A stretch of DNA of 64,000 bases, counting the filler, from Gonapodya sp. JEL0774 (taxonomy: Eukaryota): assembly GCA_027604505.1 (NCBI GenBank). It is 7 parts of 7 records of this genome, joined end to end, with 100 filler letters (N's around TTAATTAATTAA, not from the genome) between each part and the next. Parts side by side here need not be neighbours in the genome. Positions count along the whole stretch, not along the records: positions 1 to 9,410 come from JADIIX010000413.1; positions 9,511 to 18,894 come from JADIIX010000414.1; 5 more parts are not named here. The stretch is one strand, 5' to 3'. The notes under the pieces were generated by a model that worked only from the letters and a program-made list of their open reading frames with translations, was not told where the DNA came from and ran no database searches. Below, one piece after another: positions 1 through 11,479 of the stretch. Positions within the stretch are counted from its first letter, which is position 1, and the number at the start of each line of letters is the position of its first letter. The position numbers and the translations under genes were made by a program.

Positions 1-190
1 CATATGAACGAAATCACTACACTTTTTCCAATTATCATTTATTGGCTTCGCCCGTTCTCGGCTGAACTTACAACTGTGTCCCCACGTCGACATGGACATC
101 AGCACTTGTTGTCCACGCTAATGCTAAGATTTGCCTTTTTGCTGGTATAAATTGTACAAAATTCAAAAGCTAACAATTACTGGTTATCTA
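1..190. repeat. Left copy of inverted repeat bounding contig 1
   Basis: The reverse complement of 1-190 (TAGATAACCAGTAATTGTTAGCTTTTGAATTTTGTACAATTTATACCAGC...) matches 9249-9410, apart from scattered substitutions and one ~30-nt indel. Confidence 0.9.
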
Positions 191-217
191 CTGTTTGACA
201 ATTGTTGAGAAGAAATC

Positions 218-2535
218 TCAACTTTTGCCTGACCATTCACGAGGAAGATTCTCCCCACATTTGTAACACTCCTGTGCACCTCCACACTTCCCTAACTGAC
301 ACCACTGGTTCCAACGTGATTTTGTAGTTGCAATTACGTCTTCTGTACCTGGAGTCTTGACCAACTTATATGCCTTCCTCTTCTGTGCAATCTGACAAGT
401 TGTTTGGACTGCAAACACACGGCGACGAGAAAAGTCAAAGTAATGGCGACGAATCTTGACAGAATTACACCCTGGACACTTGAAGTAGACAGGAGGGCCC
501 TCAAATAAGTTGGGCAGTTCTGCGGTGTATGTGGGAGGAAGGGTTGAGCACTTAAATTACCATGCCCACAGTGCCGGGTTAAAAAAGGAGCAGAATGACT
601 TGCCTGAATCAATTTCTGTAGGAATTCCTGGTAAGCGCTCATCCACAAATTCAGAAACTCGTTGGAGAAATGCCATTGTAGACTTGCTGGCAGAAGACAT
701 CAATCGGGAGTTTGACTTGACAATTGAAAGTGCCTGCTGTGCATCTATATGGGAGATTGGTTGTGATTTCAATTGAAGAGAGGACACTGAAGATGGAGTG
801 ACAGCAGAAGACTGAGGAGAGGTGTCAAGAGCAGCTTGGGGGTGAGTTTGATCTTTGCCGTATGAATGATTCCCAGTACCACGGGCACCATGACCTCCAA
901 GACGGAAAACTGAAAAGAAGAAAGGGAAGAGAGAAGCCAGTTAAAAACAAAAAAAAAAAAAAAAAAACATATTAAAGCAGTGAACCACATTAAGACAGAA
1001 GCAGAAATCAACAGAGTGCACACACTTTTGTTTGCCTTCTCTTTGGTCACACCCAGCTCCTTTGTAAACAGCTCAAATTGTTTCCACAAGCGAGCTACAT
1101 CGTCTTCAGTGTTTGCCGATCGGGCAATCTGAACAAGCAGTTCGGATGATCTCTTCTCCAACTTGATGATCAACTCGTTCAAGATTGTGAAGTAGTGAGA
1201 TTTCCGGGCAGTAAACTGGCCATTGATGCCTAATAGCCCGTCCAGGTTTGGTATCATTCCCACTTGGAAAATAGAGCGTCCAATGTGCAAGGCGAGCATA
1301 GACCGGGGAGCCCCAGATGAACCGCGAGCCATGGGACCACAGGGATGCTCCATTTCGGAGCTGATGAAGGCTGAAGTTTCAGAAATAGCAATCACATGCT
1401 GATATCCTTGCAAAAACTCTGGCGTGTAACAGACAACATCCTGCCGGTCCGACTCTGGCATGCGAGAGATTGCAAGATTGAAAACTTTTGTGAGGTACTC
1501 TTCCAAGACATCCTTGATGTCGACTGTGACTGTACCCCGTGGAAATTTCTCCTTCATTTTCCTGCCCCATCGACCACAAACAGTGCGTTGAAAATAGAAA
1601 GAAGAAAGAGCAGGCGATTTCGACTCGAGATCCATCTGCGTACGATACGACCAGTTCACTGCGGCTTGAGAAGGTATCGCATTCTCTATAGTGTTGCCAA
1701 ATCGACTGGTGAAACTCTTGGTCAAGTCAGAGTACTTTGCCACATCCGTGATGGTAAGCGGAGGCCTCATCGAGTCGACAGGCTGGTACCCGAGATTCAT
1801 TTCAGCGCGAACAAGCAAGCTCGGGGCGTGAATAAGGCCATGCCATACTGGGTCCAGTACGTGTGCTGCTGCCGACGACCAAGACGGTGCGTGGCAGGAG
1901 TCAAGTTCCACGATGGGACTTGGTATCCCAGGCCCGATCACATTATCAAAATGGAAGAGTTTCGCGTATATTGGCAGGTACAAAAGAAGGCACTTTTGAC
2001 GGTTGATCGGAATCCCAGGTGACACGGATACGATCCCACAGTCCTGAGGGAACTCTTTCTTTGCCAACTCGATAAACGTAGCATCGTTTTTTCGCTCAAC
2101 ATCAAAAATGTGTTTCGCCTCCTCAACGGTGCAAGCGGGGCATTTCTCCTCATGCCATTTTATCAAAGCGAGCAGCCTCGTTTTCATTTGGAGACGGACG
2201 CTGGGTGGGGGAGGAGGATCGAGCGAATCAAGAGTCTCTCGAGCTTTTTCAAAGATCGTCGAGTTGAAACGTAGTCGCAGTTCTTCTATTTCACCCAAAG
2301 TGATGGTGCTGAAGTCTGGCAGTTTGCGAGCACAGGTCGGAGCAGATGCAGCAGCAGGAGCACCCGCAGGCGGCGCATCAGCAACATCATCCCCTGATGG
2401 ATCAACATCCAATTCTTCTGCACACGATTCTTCACTGAAACGTGTCGCGCTCGAGTAGATTTCATTTTCTTCCAGCAGCTCAGCGATTTGTTGCATCTCC
2501 ACGTCGAGAGCGAACTCGAGTCCATCGACATCCAT
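218..2535 (-). CDS. Hypothetical protein (~700 aa, 3 exons) with acidic N-terminus and C-terminal Cys-rich putative zinc-binding region
   Basis: Long ORF 769-2535. Inferred GT-AG intron 910-1025 (long polypyrimidine tract) and GC-AG intron 520-603 join it in frame to ORFs 557-787 and 218-418 (CPGC...WCQLGKCGGAQECYKC). Confidence 0.6.
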
Positions 2536-2623
2536 CTCGTCTTCGGACGTTGCAAGCGTGGGGTTGGAGAGTGGCGTAGGAACTGGTTAGTGGTGTCAAT
2601 CCACACAACTTGTGGGGAGTTAT

Positions 2624-3094
2624 TCAATGCTCACCAACGCCGGGGGTTTCCTGTTCAACACCATTGTCCGAGTTGGAAGCACCACTCGATTCAGAAGATG
2701 CATCTGACAGGAGATCGTCGTTCGAAGGAGAGGGAGCTTCAGGGTTGGAAGCGGGTTCGGGTTTTGCAGGACGGGACGACCACCGTTTCGGGTACGAAGG
2801 ATGGTTCAGCGGAGGAGTGTGGTACACCACGCCTTTGAAACTCTCTGTGCCAAGAGATGAAATCGAAGAGGGAGCGCCGCGGTAGCCAATCGGAGCATCG
2901 TCGTGAGGATTCGCCAGATTCCCATTGTTCTCCAGCTCTTCCAACTCTGACCGCGAGTAGACTTTGGGAGGACGTCTGAGTTCCGGCTCCCCTTCCCAGT
3001 CGTAAGAAGGATCGTACTTGATGGTATTGTTCATTACGGTTTCGTCAGCGAGTGAGATTGAAGTGATGATTCGGGGAGTGAAGAGTGTGGGTGT
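2624..3094 (-). CDS. Possible small acidic, Ser/Pro-rich hypothetical protein
   Basis: Open frame MNNTIKYDPSYDWEGEPELRRPP...; no recognisable motif. Confidence 0.3.
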   Translation of the reverse strand, partial: TPTLFTPRIITSISLADETVMNNTIKYDPSYDWEGEPELRRPPKVYSRSELEELENNGNLANPHDDAPIGYRGAPSSISSLGTESFKGVVYHTPPLNHPSYPKRWSSRPAKPEPASNPEAPSPSNDDLLSDASSESSGASNSDNGVEQETPGVGEH

Positions 3095-5479
3095 GTGCGG
3101 AACGGCACCGCATGAACATGACCGATTCGCCGCAAAAGTCCGCAGACCAAGCTCAAAGAACACGATTCAATGCGAGCTATTACGATATGTTATTTCCATG
3201 CTCATGCAAGTTTCTACGTCTTTGATGATAATCAAAGTAATTGAGAGGTGAAAACGGAAATGACGGGACAACAAGGTGTACCCTGTATTGAATGTGCCTT
3301 TTCCCGGTTACATATTAATCTACACTAGCAATTCAAGATCGTTGAGTAGAGAGAGCGCGGGAGGAGGTGGGAGGGGTGTGGGGGATTGGTGGGGGCTTGG
3401 GGCGTGGACCGTGGTGATCGGAGCGGGGCCGGGTGAGGCGCACACGGCACTGCAAGCACAAACAGAGAGTGCGCACACGTTGACGGGCATGGCTTTTAGA
3501 GGAGGCATGTAGTTTTTATATCCACTTTCAATACATGAGGCAGTTCCTTCTTTCAGCGCAGAATCCGCACGTTGTGGTCCAACTTGGTTCCCCTACAAGC
3601 CCGGGGCCTGCGGCACTTTTGATCTGTACACCTTTAGCAAGGAATCATGATCGCACAATGGCAGAGTAAGGCATGTAGGTATCCCCGGTATCGTGCAAGC
3701 CGGTGGCCCGCGGCACTTTCAATCAACCAACCACCAGCGCTCACCGTTGAGCGCACAAAGCTCGTACTTCAACTCAGAGATACATTTGGTTTGCATTACA
3801 GTGCAGCGTGCTTATTCTATGCTTATCTACGGCTCAGGGGTGTTGACACCACATCTTTCACGCTTCGCTAATGAGAAACGCCCACCCCCGAGGTCTGACA
3901 GCTCACGCCGCACCTCTCCTAGTGGGCGGTCCTCGTGAGCGGAAACACGAACGCAGGCGGGAATCCACCGCCCCAGAAAGGCCCCCAAATGGGTTCGACC
4001 ACTGCATTCACTCACCTTCACCGACGTCCATTGACTCCGCAGTATCCACCGGCTACAGACGGCACCTCTTCATTGTATTTGACGTTTTCGATTCGAGTAG
4101 GAGGTCAGAGAAGCTTGCAGTGGGCGGAAAAGTTGGTGCTAGAAAGTAGAAGGTCGGCAACCGCGAGACGGAGGGCGAAGGCTGATTCGTCTGTAAGAGG
4201 TGTCACGGCTCCTTCAGATAGTCTGGGCAGAGTTACCATCGCAGTTTCTGAGGGGACGGAGTCAAACTGCGTCCAGTATATGTGATTCAGCAGTAGAGCA
4301 GCCGAATACAAACACCTTCACCCAGAGCTGACTGGTCCAATTTTTCCATCGTATTTCCACCGTTCACGTTTCATAATGGAGATGGAAGCCCGCGATCATT
4401 CGCTCAATTGAGTGACGGGGCGGGTTCTGACATCCGACCACTCCAATCATCGACCCGCTCCCATCCATCACGCATCCAATTCATCGTTGGTGGCAACTTC
4501 AATATCTGTCAGAACTTGGCAGCATCTCCACTTCCACCAACCCCATTCACAAGTTCTACGTCTCCAAGATTACAATTCGCCGTCAATCCGATCATGGTAT
4601 AAATGAACCCCTAAAAATAAGACTCACCGATTTTCAGCTGAGCTGGAATCACGTTCCCGGATTTTGTTCCCCTTGTTTGTTTGCTCAATATGAAATCCCC
4701 TCGATCCTTGCACCTGATGCAACGAGTTTGCAAGCAATTCTGTAATGTGCTACACGACCATCGAATAATCGCAGCTGAGGCCCGCATCGAAAGCAGACCC
4801 TTCACAGCAGCTAGATGGGCGCAATGATTCCAATATGTATTCCGAATGAGGGAGTGAGGGGCGGAACCACCTGTCAGGGCTGGGACAGGGGTACACCGGG
4901 AGGAGCTCAGGCATAAAGTAGGATCCACTGCGCTCATAGTGAGTCAGGCTACGCACCCACAGGATGGGTTACGTACACGGCAATATTAGGAGGGGGATAG
5001 AGTTTGAAGGGGAAACAGCCACTGTTGTGAGAAGTGAGGGACACGGCTGAAACGGGGCAATCACAGCAGACACTGACACCAAGGAGGAAACGTCAAAACC
5101 CGAGACGGGTGGTAAAGCCGCGCGTCGAGTGGACAGGGGTGGTAGTGAAGGCGTATCGAGGAACAGCAGGGGTGCATGCAAATGTTGATAAAGCGAACTC
5201 TTATGTGGCATGGGTAAATGCTGAGTATCAAAAGGTGAGTTTGTGGGACTGACGGTACAAAGTCTTGAAGCACTGACTTACTTTTTACACTATGCAATGA
5301 ACTAAAATGGGTTGCGCTAGTTATTTTGCACGGAGAAAATGGAGTCTTGAGGCGAGTTTACATGGTCGGCGAATGGCGCAATTAACGGTAGACGATGGTT
5401 TCGGATGTAACATTATTAATAATATCAGACATTATTTTCACTATTCTGAACTCCCCTGCAGTATTCTTCTCATCCTACA

Positions 5480-6424
5480 ATGCCGGATGCTTTCTTGATA
5501 ACCGGAGCCACTGGTCTTCAAGGTGGCTCAACCGCTCGTCTCCTCCTCAGTGCCGGACAGATCGTTTATGCCTTTGTGCGTGACCCTCTGTCACCGGAGG
5601 CAAAACTTCTCCAAGCCCTGGGTGCCGTACTTGTCAGAGGCTCTTTTGATGATCCATCATCCATTACTTCGGCATTCAGTCTCGCGAGCCATCCCGTGAC
5701 AGGCGTCTTCCTCAACACCTACCCCTCTTTCACAACACCAACATTCGAAATCGACACTGCAAAAGCCTTTGTCTCTGCAGCTCTCGCCAGCGGAACTGTT
5801 AAGAACTTTGTAGTCAGCACTGTGTACAACGCCAATATCGCGGTCCCCGATCCGTCCACCTATCCCTTCCTCGCAGCCTACTACAGGAGCAAGTCGGGGG
5901 TTGAGGAAGTCATCCGGGACGCTGGGTTTGCTAGCTACACCATCCTCCGTCCTTGCTGGTTGAACCACAATTACCTCCTGCCAGGTGCCTCGTATCACTT
6001 CCCTGCTTGGCGTTCTCGCCAAATCACTGTTTCTTATCCCACAAACTACCGTCAGCCACATCTCGACGCTCTGGACGTAGGGAAATTTGCAGCTCCAGCA
6101 TTGCAAGGATTGGCAGTCTACCAAAACAAGGAAATAGACCTCGTGGGCGAGTACCTGACATGGTCCGATGTCGCAGAGAAGTTGGGAAAAGCAGCGGAGA
6201 CGGTCGTGAAGGTTCACTACAGGAGTGAGAAGGAGACGAACGACCTCTTGACCTCGGGGACCCTACCCACAATCCAGTCCCAGGTGTGGGCGTCAAAGAA
6301 TAAGCGGGAAGAAGTAGACGTAAAGGCGCTGGAGAGAGAATTTGGCGTCACAGTGATGACTTTGGATGAGTGGCTGGTTGGAGCGAAGGAGAAGTTGAAG
6401 ATTGGTTTTGGTGTTGAAGCTTAA
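5480..6424 (+). CDS. NmrA-like NAD(P)-binding atypical SDR protein (intronless)
   Basis: N-terminal LITGATGLQGGS Rossmann motif, YYRSK, YTILRP, DVGKFAA; 314 aa. Confidence 0.9.
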   Translation: MPDAFLITGATGLQGGSTARLLLSAGQIVYAFVRDPLSPEAKLLQALGAVLVRGSFDDPSSITSAFSLASHPVTGVFLNTYPSFTTPTFEIDTAKAFVSAALASGTVKNFVVSTVYNANIAVPDPSTYPFLAAYYRSKSGVEEVIRDAGFASYTILRPCWLNHNYLLPGASYHFPAWRSRQITVSYPTNYRQPHLDALDVGKFAAPALQGLAVYQNKEIDLVGEYLTWSDVAEKLGKAAETVVKVHYRSEKETNDLLTSGTLPTIQSQVWASKNKREEVDVKALEREFGVTVMTLDEWLVGAKEKLKIGFGVEA

Positions 6425-6613
6425 TTTGACAAAGCACATAACGGTTGGCACTTGGTCTTATTATGTACATTGTTATTTTCACGGGCGATGACGATGACGG
6501 ACAACCCGGCGCGCACACGTTGCCTGATGACTTCGACACGTTTGCGGTCCAACTTCCCTGCTTTCACTGTTTGAAAATACCTCTCAAACTTCGAATGATT
6601 CTAAGAAAAAGTC

Positions 6614-7599
6614 ATGCCCGTAGAGTCTGAACCCATCCCCGGCAATTCCGATGCCAAATCACAGCGTGACCAACAAATCGTCGAGCGATCCACGTGCAAC
6701 ATCGATGATACACTCCTAATCCGAATCCAAGCCACCTCGGGGCTGGTATTCTCTTCTTTTACTATTCTACATCTCTCTTCGTGGATTCTCCTGCACTCGG
6801 GCTCTTTCGACGTGAGATACAATGTGGTTGTAATCGGTGTGCCTGTCTGACCGCATCACGATCGCCGGATCAAGTCTGCCGATGCTGCAGTTCGTGTATT
6901 TCGCCGCTATTATCAAAATCCCATCGCTGAACCCATCATCCTCGGGGGATCTCTTCTCGTTCACCTTGGAACCTCCCTCACTCGCATCGCTCGTCGCCAT
7001 AGCAAATCACTGCCCGTGGATAAGGATCGCACTGCACGACCATCCAACGCTGCAAAATTTTCTCCAGTAGTTGAAGACAGAGCGTTTCACAAGTATTCCG
7101 GTTGGGTCCTTGCTACCCTTGTTCCGGTCCATGCGTTTGCAACGCGGGTCTACCCTCTCGTGGTTCTTGGGCCCGAGGAATCAGGAACAGTGATTGGCGC
7201 ACATTTTGCGAGCTTCGCGACTTTCTCGTACCCTGTAGCTTTTCATGGTGAGTGGCCTGGTCATTTCCGCCGCATGATCGAACTGACAATGACCAACATC
7301 CTGCGAAACGCGCTCCCCCCGCCCCCCCCCAAAAAAAATTATAAGTATACTATGCCATTCTCGCTGCCAGCGGATTATTCCACACTGTCGCAGGTATCGG
7401 CTATGCACTCAGGAGCCTTCGTTCTCACTCACCTCGTGCTCTTTCACCCTCTGATGAACGTTCCCTTCGCTTGCGCAGATGGGCATTGTTGGGGCTGGGA
7501 CTTTCTACGGTGATGGCTCTGTCAGGATTTTATTACCCCGTTACTTTTACAGAAGAGCAGGTGCGGGTGTTTGGACTTCTTAATGGCACCACCAGGTAG
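6614..7599 (+). CDS. MCP1/DUF1691-like His-containing multi-pass membrane protein
   Basis: Spliced exons give IQATSGLVFSSFTILHL, FRRYYQNPIAEP..SLLVHL, FHKYSGWVLATLVPVHAFATR and GLFHTVAG, resembling the MCP1 transmembrane pattern. Confidence 0.65.
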
Positions 7600-9248
7600 T
7601 GAGAGGAGGATCGAGGAACGAGGAGACAGCACAAGCCCGAGAGTATCATGAAACCCAAACGGTAACAGACTCTGTAGACACCTGCGTATTCATTACAAAT
7701 AAAGCTCAAAACTCTACTCAATCATTTCTTGCGGATGTCCAGACGTCACCTCCAGTCAGAATTGGCACAGTCAGCTCGCGTGAGCTGTTGGTTCAAAAGC
7801 GCCACCATCTTGTGTTTTTTCTGCAGTACAGCGTAATATTCATGCAAATGGTAATACATTTGGGACGAATCCCGGGGCCTTTCGTGGCAACCCGGATCTG
7901 CACTTCCGCGGTGCTTGCCCACATTGCAATGTGGACACCGCTCACCCGCACAGTATTGGGGTTCCTCAGTCCCGTCGATTCCCTCAACCTTCTGCCTCAG
8001 TGAGCACGTAGTGAATTGTATTGTATCCCGTCATTCAAGCAACTACAGTCTATTTATAATACAGTACTTGTAGCACCCTTAGAAAGCTTTAGCGAGATGA
8101 TTCCAGGCGGAAATGCCACCTTTTGTGTAGGGGAACACGACGACCCACGCAGACGATGCCCATGGAAAAGTTAAGGAACACTTTGCCGGGGGTGGATTTC
8201 GAGTCGAAAGCTCAATGGTTTGGGCTAGCTTTGATTTCGCGAAGATCAATGCTCCGGGATGTTGGCGAACTTTTGGGAGCAGCGTCGGACATCTGCACGT
8301 CAGGTAGCACGAGCGAGGAGGGGTCGGAACGGGGGCTGTACGAAGTAAGTACGGTGCTTTCAAACCGATCCGTGCCTTATGTCCTAGTGCTGTGTTCGCT
8401 TGCATGGTGGAGCAAGGCGGCTGTTTCTTTATTTTGCTCATTTTCGCAACCCACGTTTTGCACTGCGCTCTGCACATGTTGACTGACGACTTTCTTTCTC
8501 TTTTCGCCCCTCAGGCTCGGCCATCCCTGCCTCCACCTCTGACGATCCCACTCCCAAGCCCCACTTTTGATTTCACGACGGATGCTCGGTTGCGCCAGGC
8601 TCTCCCCGTCTTAGGTTTTCTCCTCGCCCGCATTGTTTTGGGATTGTGGGCTGTTAAAGGTAAGTAGTAGTTCGCGTGTGTGAGGTGTGGAGGTGAGTAC
8701 TGGCATGGTTTTCGTCGCAATTTCAACTGCGTAGATAGAGCCAATGGAGTACTACTGAGGGGAGCTACAATTGTAGAGTGACATATGAACTAATAACCCC
8801 TCATGTTCCCATTCACCCGGCACTTTCACGGTGGAGCTTCTACACACTCCCATCTCCACTCAAGTTTCTTCCTGTTATTGATTTTGGTGAGATTCATGAA
8901 AAAGCTGCATTGCAAAATGATAGCGGAATGAGTACGATTTCAGGGGATGGGTCCCTCAGCAGCACAGCAAACTTAACTCGATCTCACCATCACAAATGGC
9001 GGGACCATCCGGCATCCATCTCAAAGCGTGTTTTCCTTCCACAGAGTATTCACGGGTTGTTGGGCCAATGTATACGTCTATAGCGCAGGTGATGTCCTTC
9101 TCGATGGTGCCAGTGTGTTCCGTTGCAAGCACACACACTTCTTCCTTCGATGGGACTTTGCCCAATCTGCGTCGGACTATCATCATGAATGTGCCTTTCC
9201 CTCGGTTACATATTACTCTACATTAGTACATACTATTAGACTGGTTAT

Positions 9249-9410
9249 TAGATAACCAGTAATTGTTAGCTTTTGAATTTTGTACAATTTATACCAGCAA
9301 AATGGCAAATCTTAGCATAGCGTGCATGGACAAAAAGTGCTGGTGTCCATGTCGACATGGCGAAGGCAATAAACGATAATTGGAAAAAGCGTTGTTATTT
9401 CATTGATATT
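9249..9410. repeat. Right copy of inverted repeat bounding contig 1
   Basis: Inverted copy of 1-190; runs to the contig end. Confidence 0.9.
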
Positions 9411-9510
9411 NNNNNNNNNNNNNNNNNNNNNNNNNNNNNNNNNNNNNNNNNNNNTTAATTAATTAANNNNNNNNNNNNNNNNNNNNNNNNNNNNNNNNNN
9501 NNNNNNNNNN
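9411..9510. other. Artificial contig-joining linker
   Basis: 100 nt: N run, TTAATTAATTAA (stops in all six frames), N run; recurs identically six times. Confidence 0.97.
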
Positions 9511-10854
9511 GATAATAAGTGAGAGGCCGATCGCGAGAATGGCGACTATCGATAAGGAAACAGGAGAGGAGCGTATTAGACCCGGTCTGTTTGCTCAATA
9601 TCGTCCTTTGGGAGTCCTACCAAATAGTCCCGCCATGTCGAGTTGGGTTCCAATGGGAGGAGCGAGGGGGGCGGCGTTTCGGATATTGGGCAACGCGAAC
9701 AGGAGAGACGCGCCGAGCGCTGACAAGAAGGGAGATACAAAAAGCAGACATGTAAGTAACAATGCAGCCTAACTGGCACTGCGAATAGCTGGATCCACCG
9801 AATGAATACACACCGAGGTAAGGAACCTGCATTTTCTGTCCCTTGAAGCGAATGTCTGTTGTTAACATTCCGTAACCAATGAGGAGACCCCAGATAATGA
9901 TGGTGATGGTTAAGGCGAAGAACTTGGTTGAAATACTGCGCCTGACAGTGACGTTATACGAATAGACGATCTGGTTTGGGAGTCCGGTGACATCCCTAAG
10001 ATCATCAATTTCGGTGGTAGCGGAGTATGTTCCAAGTGTGGATTCGAAGTTGATCCCGACGGGGATGGTTTTGACGTAGGTCGAGTTGACTGGTCCCGTG
10101 AAGGCGCCAATCGGGAATCCCCCCTCATAGACATCGAACGGGAAGGAACTGACATCACCGACGGATGTGAAGACGACATCAATTCCAGGTTGGAATGCAG
10201 TGACGTCGAACTTCTTAGTTGTGTCGCCTAGAACCACGGTTGACCTGAGCATCACGAGATATGTAGATTTGCGCTTTCACAATATACCCACCAGCCACCA
10301 GAGTGAGAGTCGATTTGTCGCGGTAGTATTTGCCGATCCCCGCAATCTACATTGTGTATATGGATGTTTGAAGAGTCATATTACACACTATTCACTCAAG
10401 ACTGGGTGTATAAACTCACATTCAAACGCATGGTAGTCTTCAACGATGTGGTGTCGATGCTTGAAAAGGTCGCGGTAATTGCAAGACCATCCAGGTAGAC
10501 AGAACCGTTCAGAGCGACGATGAAAGCAGTACCGGGGTCACCGCCCGTGATGGAACCGTCAGGATCCAAACACCAGTTACCGGGTGTGCAGGTAAGTGAC
10601 CTAACCACCTTTTTGGTGATGGCTACGGAAAAGCAATCGGCATAAACGCTCTTTATCGAGTAATTTTGCATAACGAAACTCAAGACTGACCTGAGGAACG
10701 ATAGTAAACGTTGACAACGACTGTGCAGATCAAAACGAGTATTCTGGTGATTTGAGAACAAGTGTAAGCGGCAATCGAGGAAGGGCGGGAGTTGAAAGTA
10801 CCCTCACAATGCCACTACGGGGACGATACGACGCCAGATGGGAACGGCGACCAT
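9511..10854 (-). CDS. DUF4436-like membrane protein, paralog A (3' end cut by contig edge)
   Basis: MVAVPIWRR start; GDVSSFPFDVY; VTVRRS followed by a TM helix; ALGASLLFALPNIRNAAPLAPPIGTQLDMAGLF; multi-exon. Confidence 0.75.
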
Positions 10855-11479
10855 GGTTGAGACGCAACGGAGTGAATGGGACGAGAGGATGCCGGCCGAA
10901 GTGTTATGTCACGAAGGAATCTTTGGAGTTCTGGTGTCTTTATAGGCACGGAAAAGGAGAAAGAAAGAACTGTCCTGAACAGTTCGAGGTGGCGCTATTA
11001 ATTTTGGGAACAGATCTGGCAAGGACCAATTCGGAAAGGAGGAAGAGCTTGAAAGAAACAGGACCCGCGATGTTCGAGAGAGGGGGATGTGGAACAGATT
11101 GAGATCGCATGTTCGCTGGAATCGAATGCTGCTTGGACCAAGAAAGCAAAGTGTTGAGGAAGGGATTGTGAAGGGTTTGATCTCCCTCACGTCCATACGA
11201 ACAGGTCCCATGCGATCGCTCCTCACACGAAAGAAAAAGAGTAAAACATTGAAAACAGCGTTATACATTTTGAACGTGGAAGACAATTCATCCGTTATGA
11301 CAGTGAGCTCTGTTTGACAGTGCTACAAAACCTATAACATACACGGCCGGTACGGCGGCGGGGTCACCCGTCACACAAAACTCAAAATACCCGCGTTTTC
11401 CAGAGAAAACATGTAACAACAGATCATGTGAAACGGTCAGCAGTTTCACAATGCGATACTCATATTCTTCTCATTAGAA

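Noticed and set aside
7740..9240. Weak F-box-like peptide and a decayed minus-strand frame
   Set aside because: Similarity too weak and multiple stops
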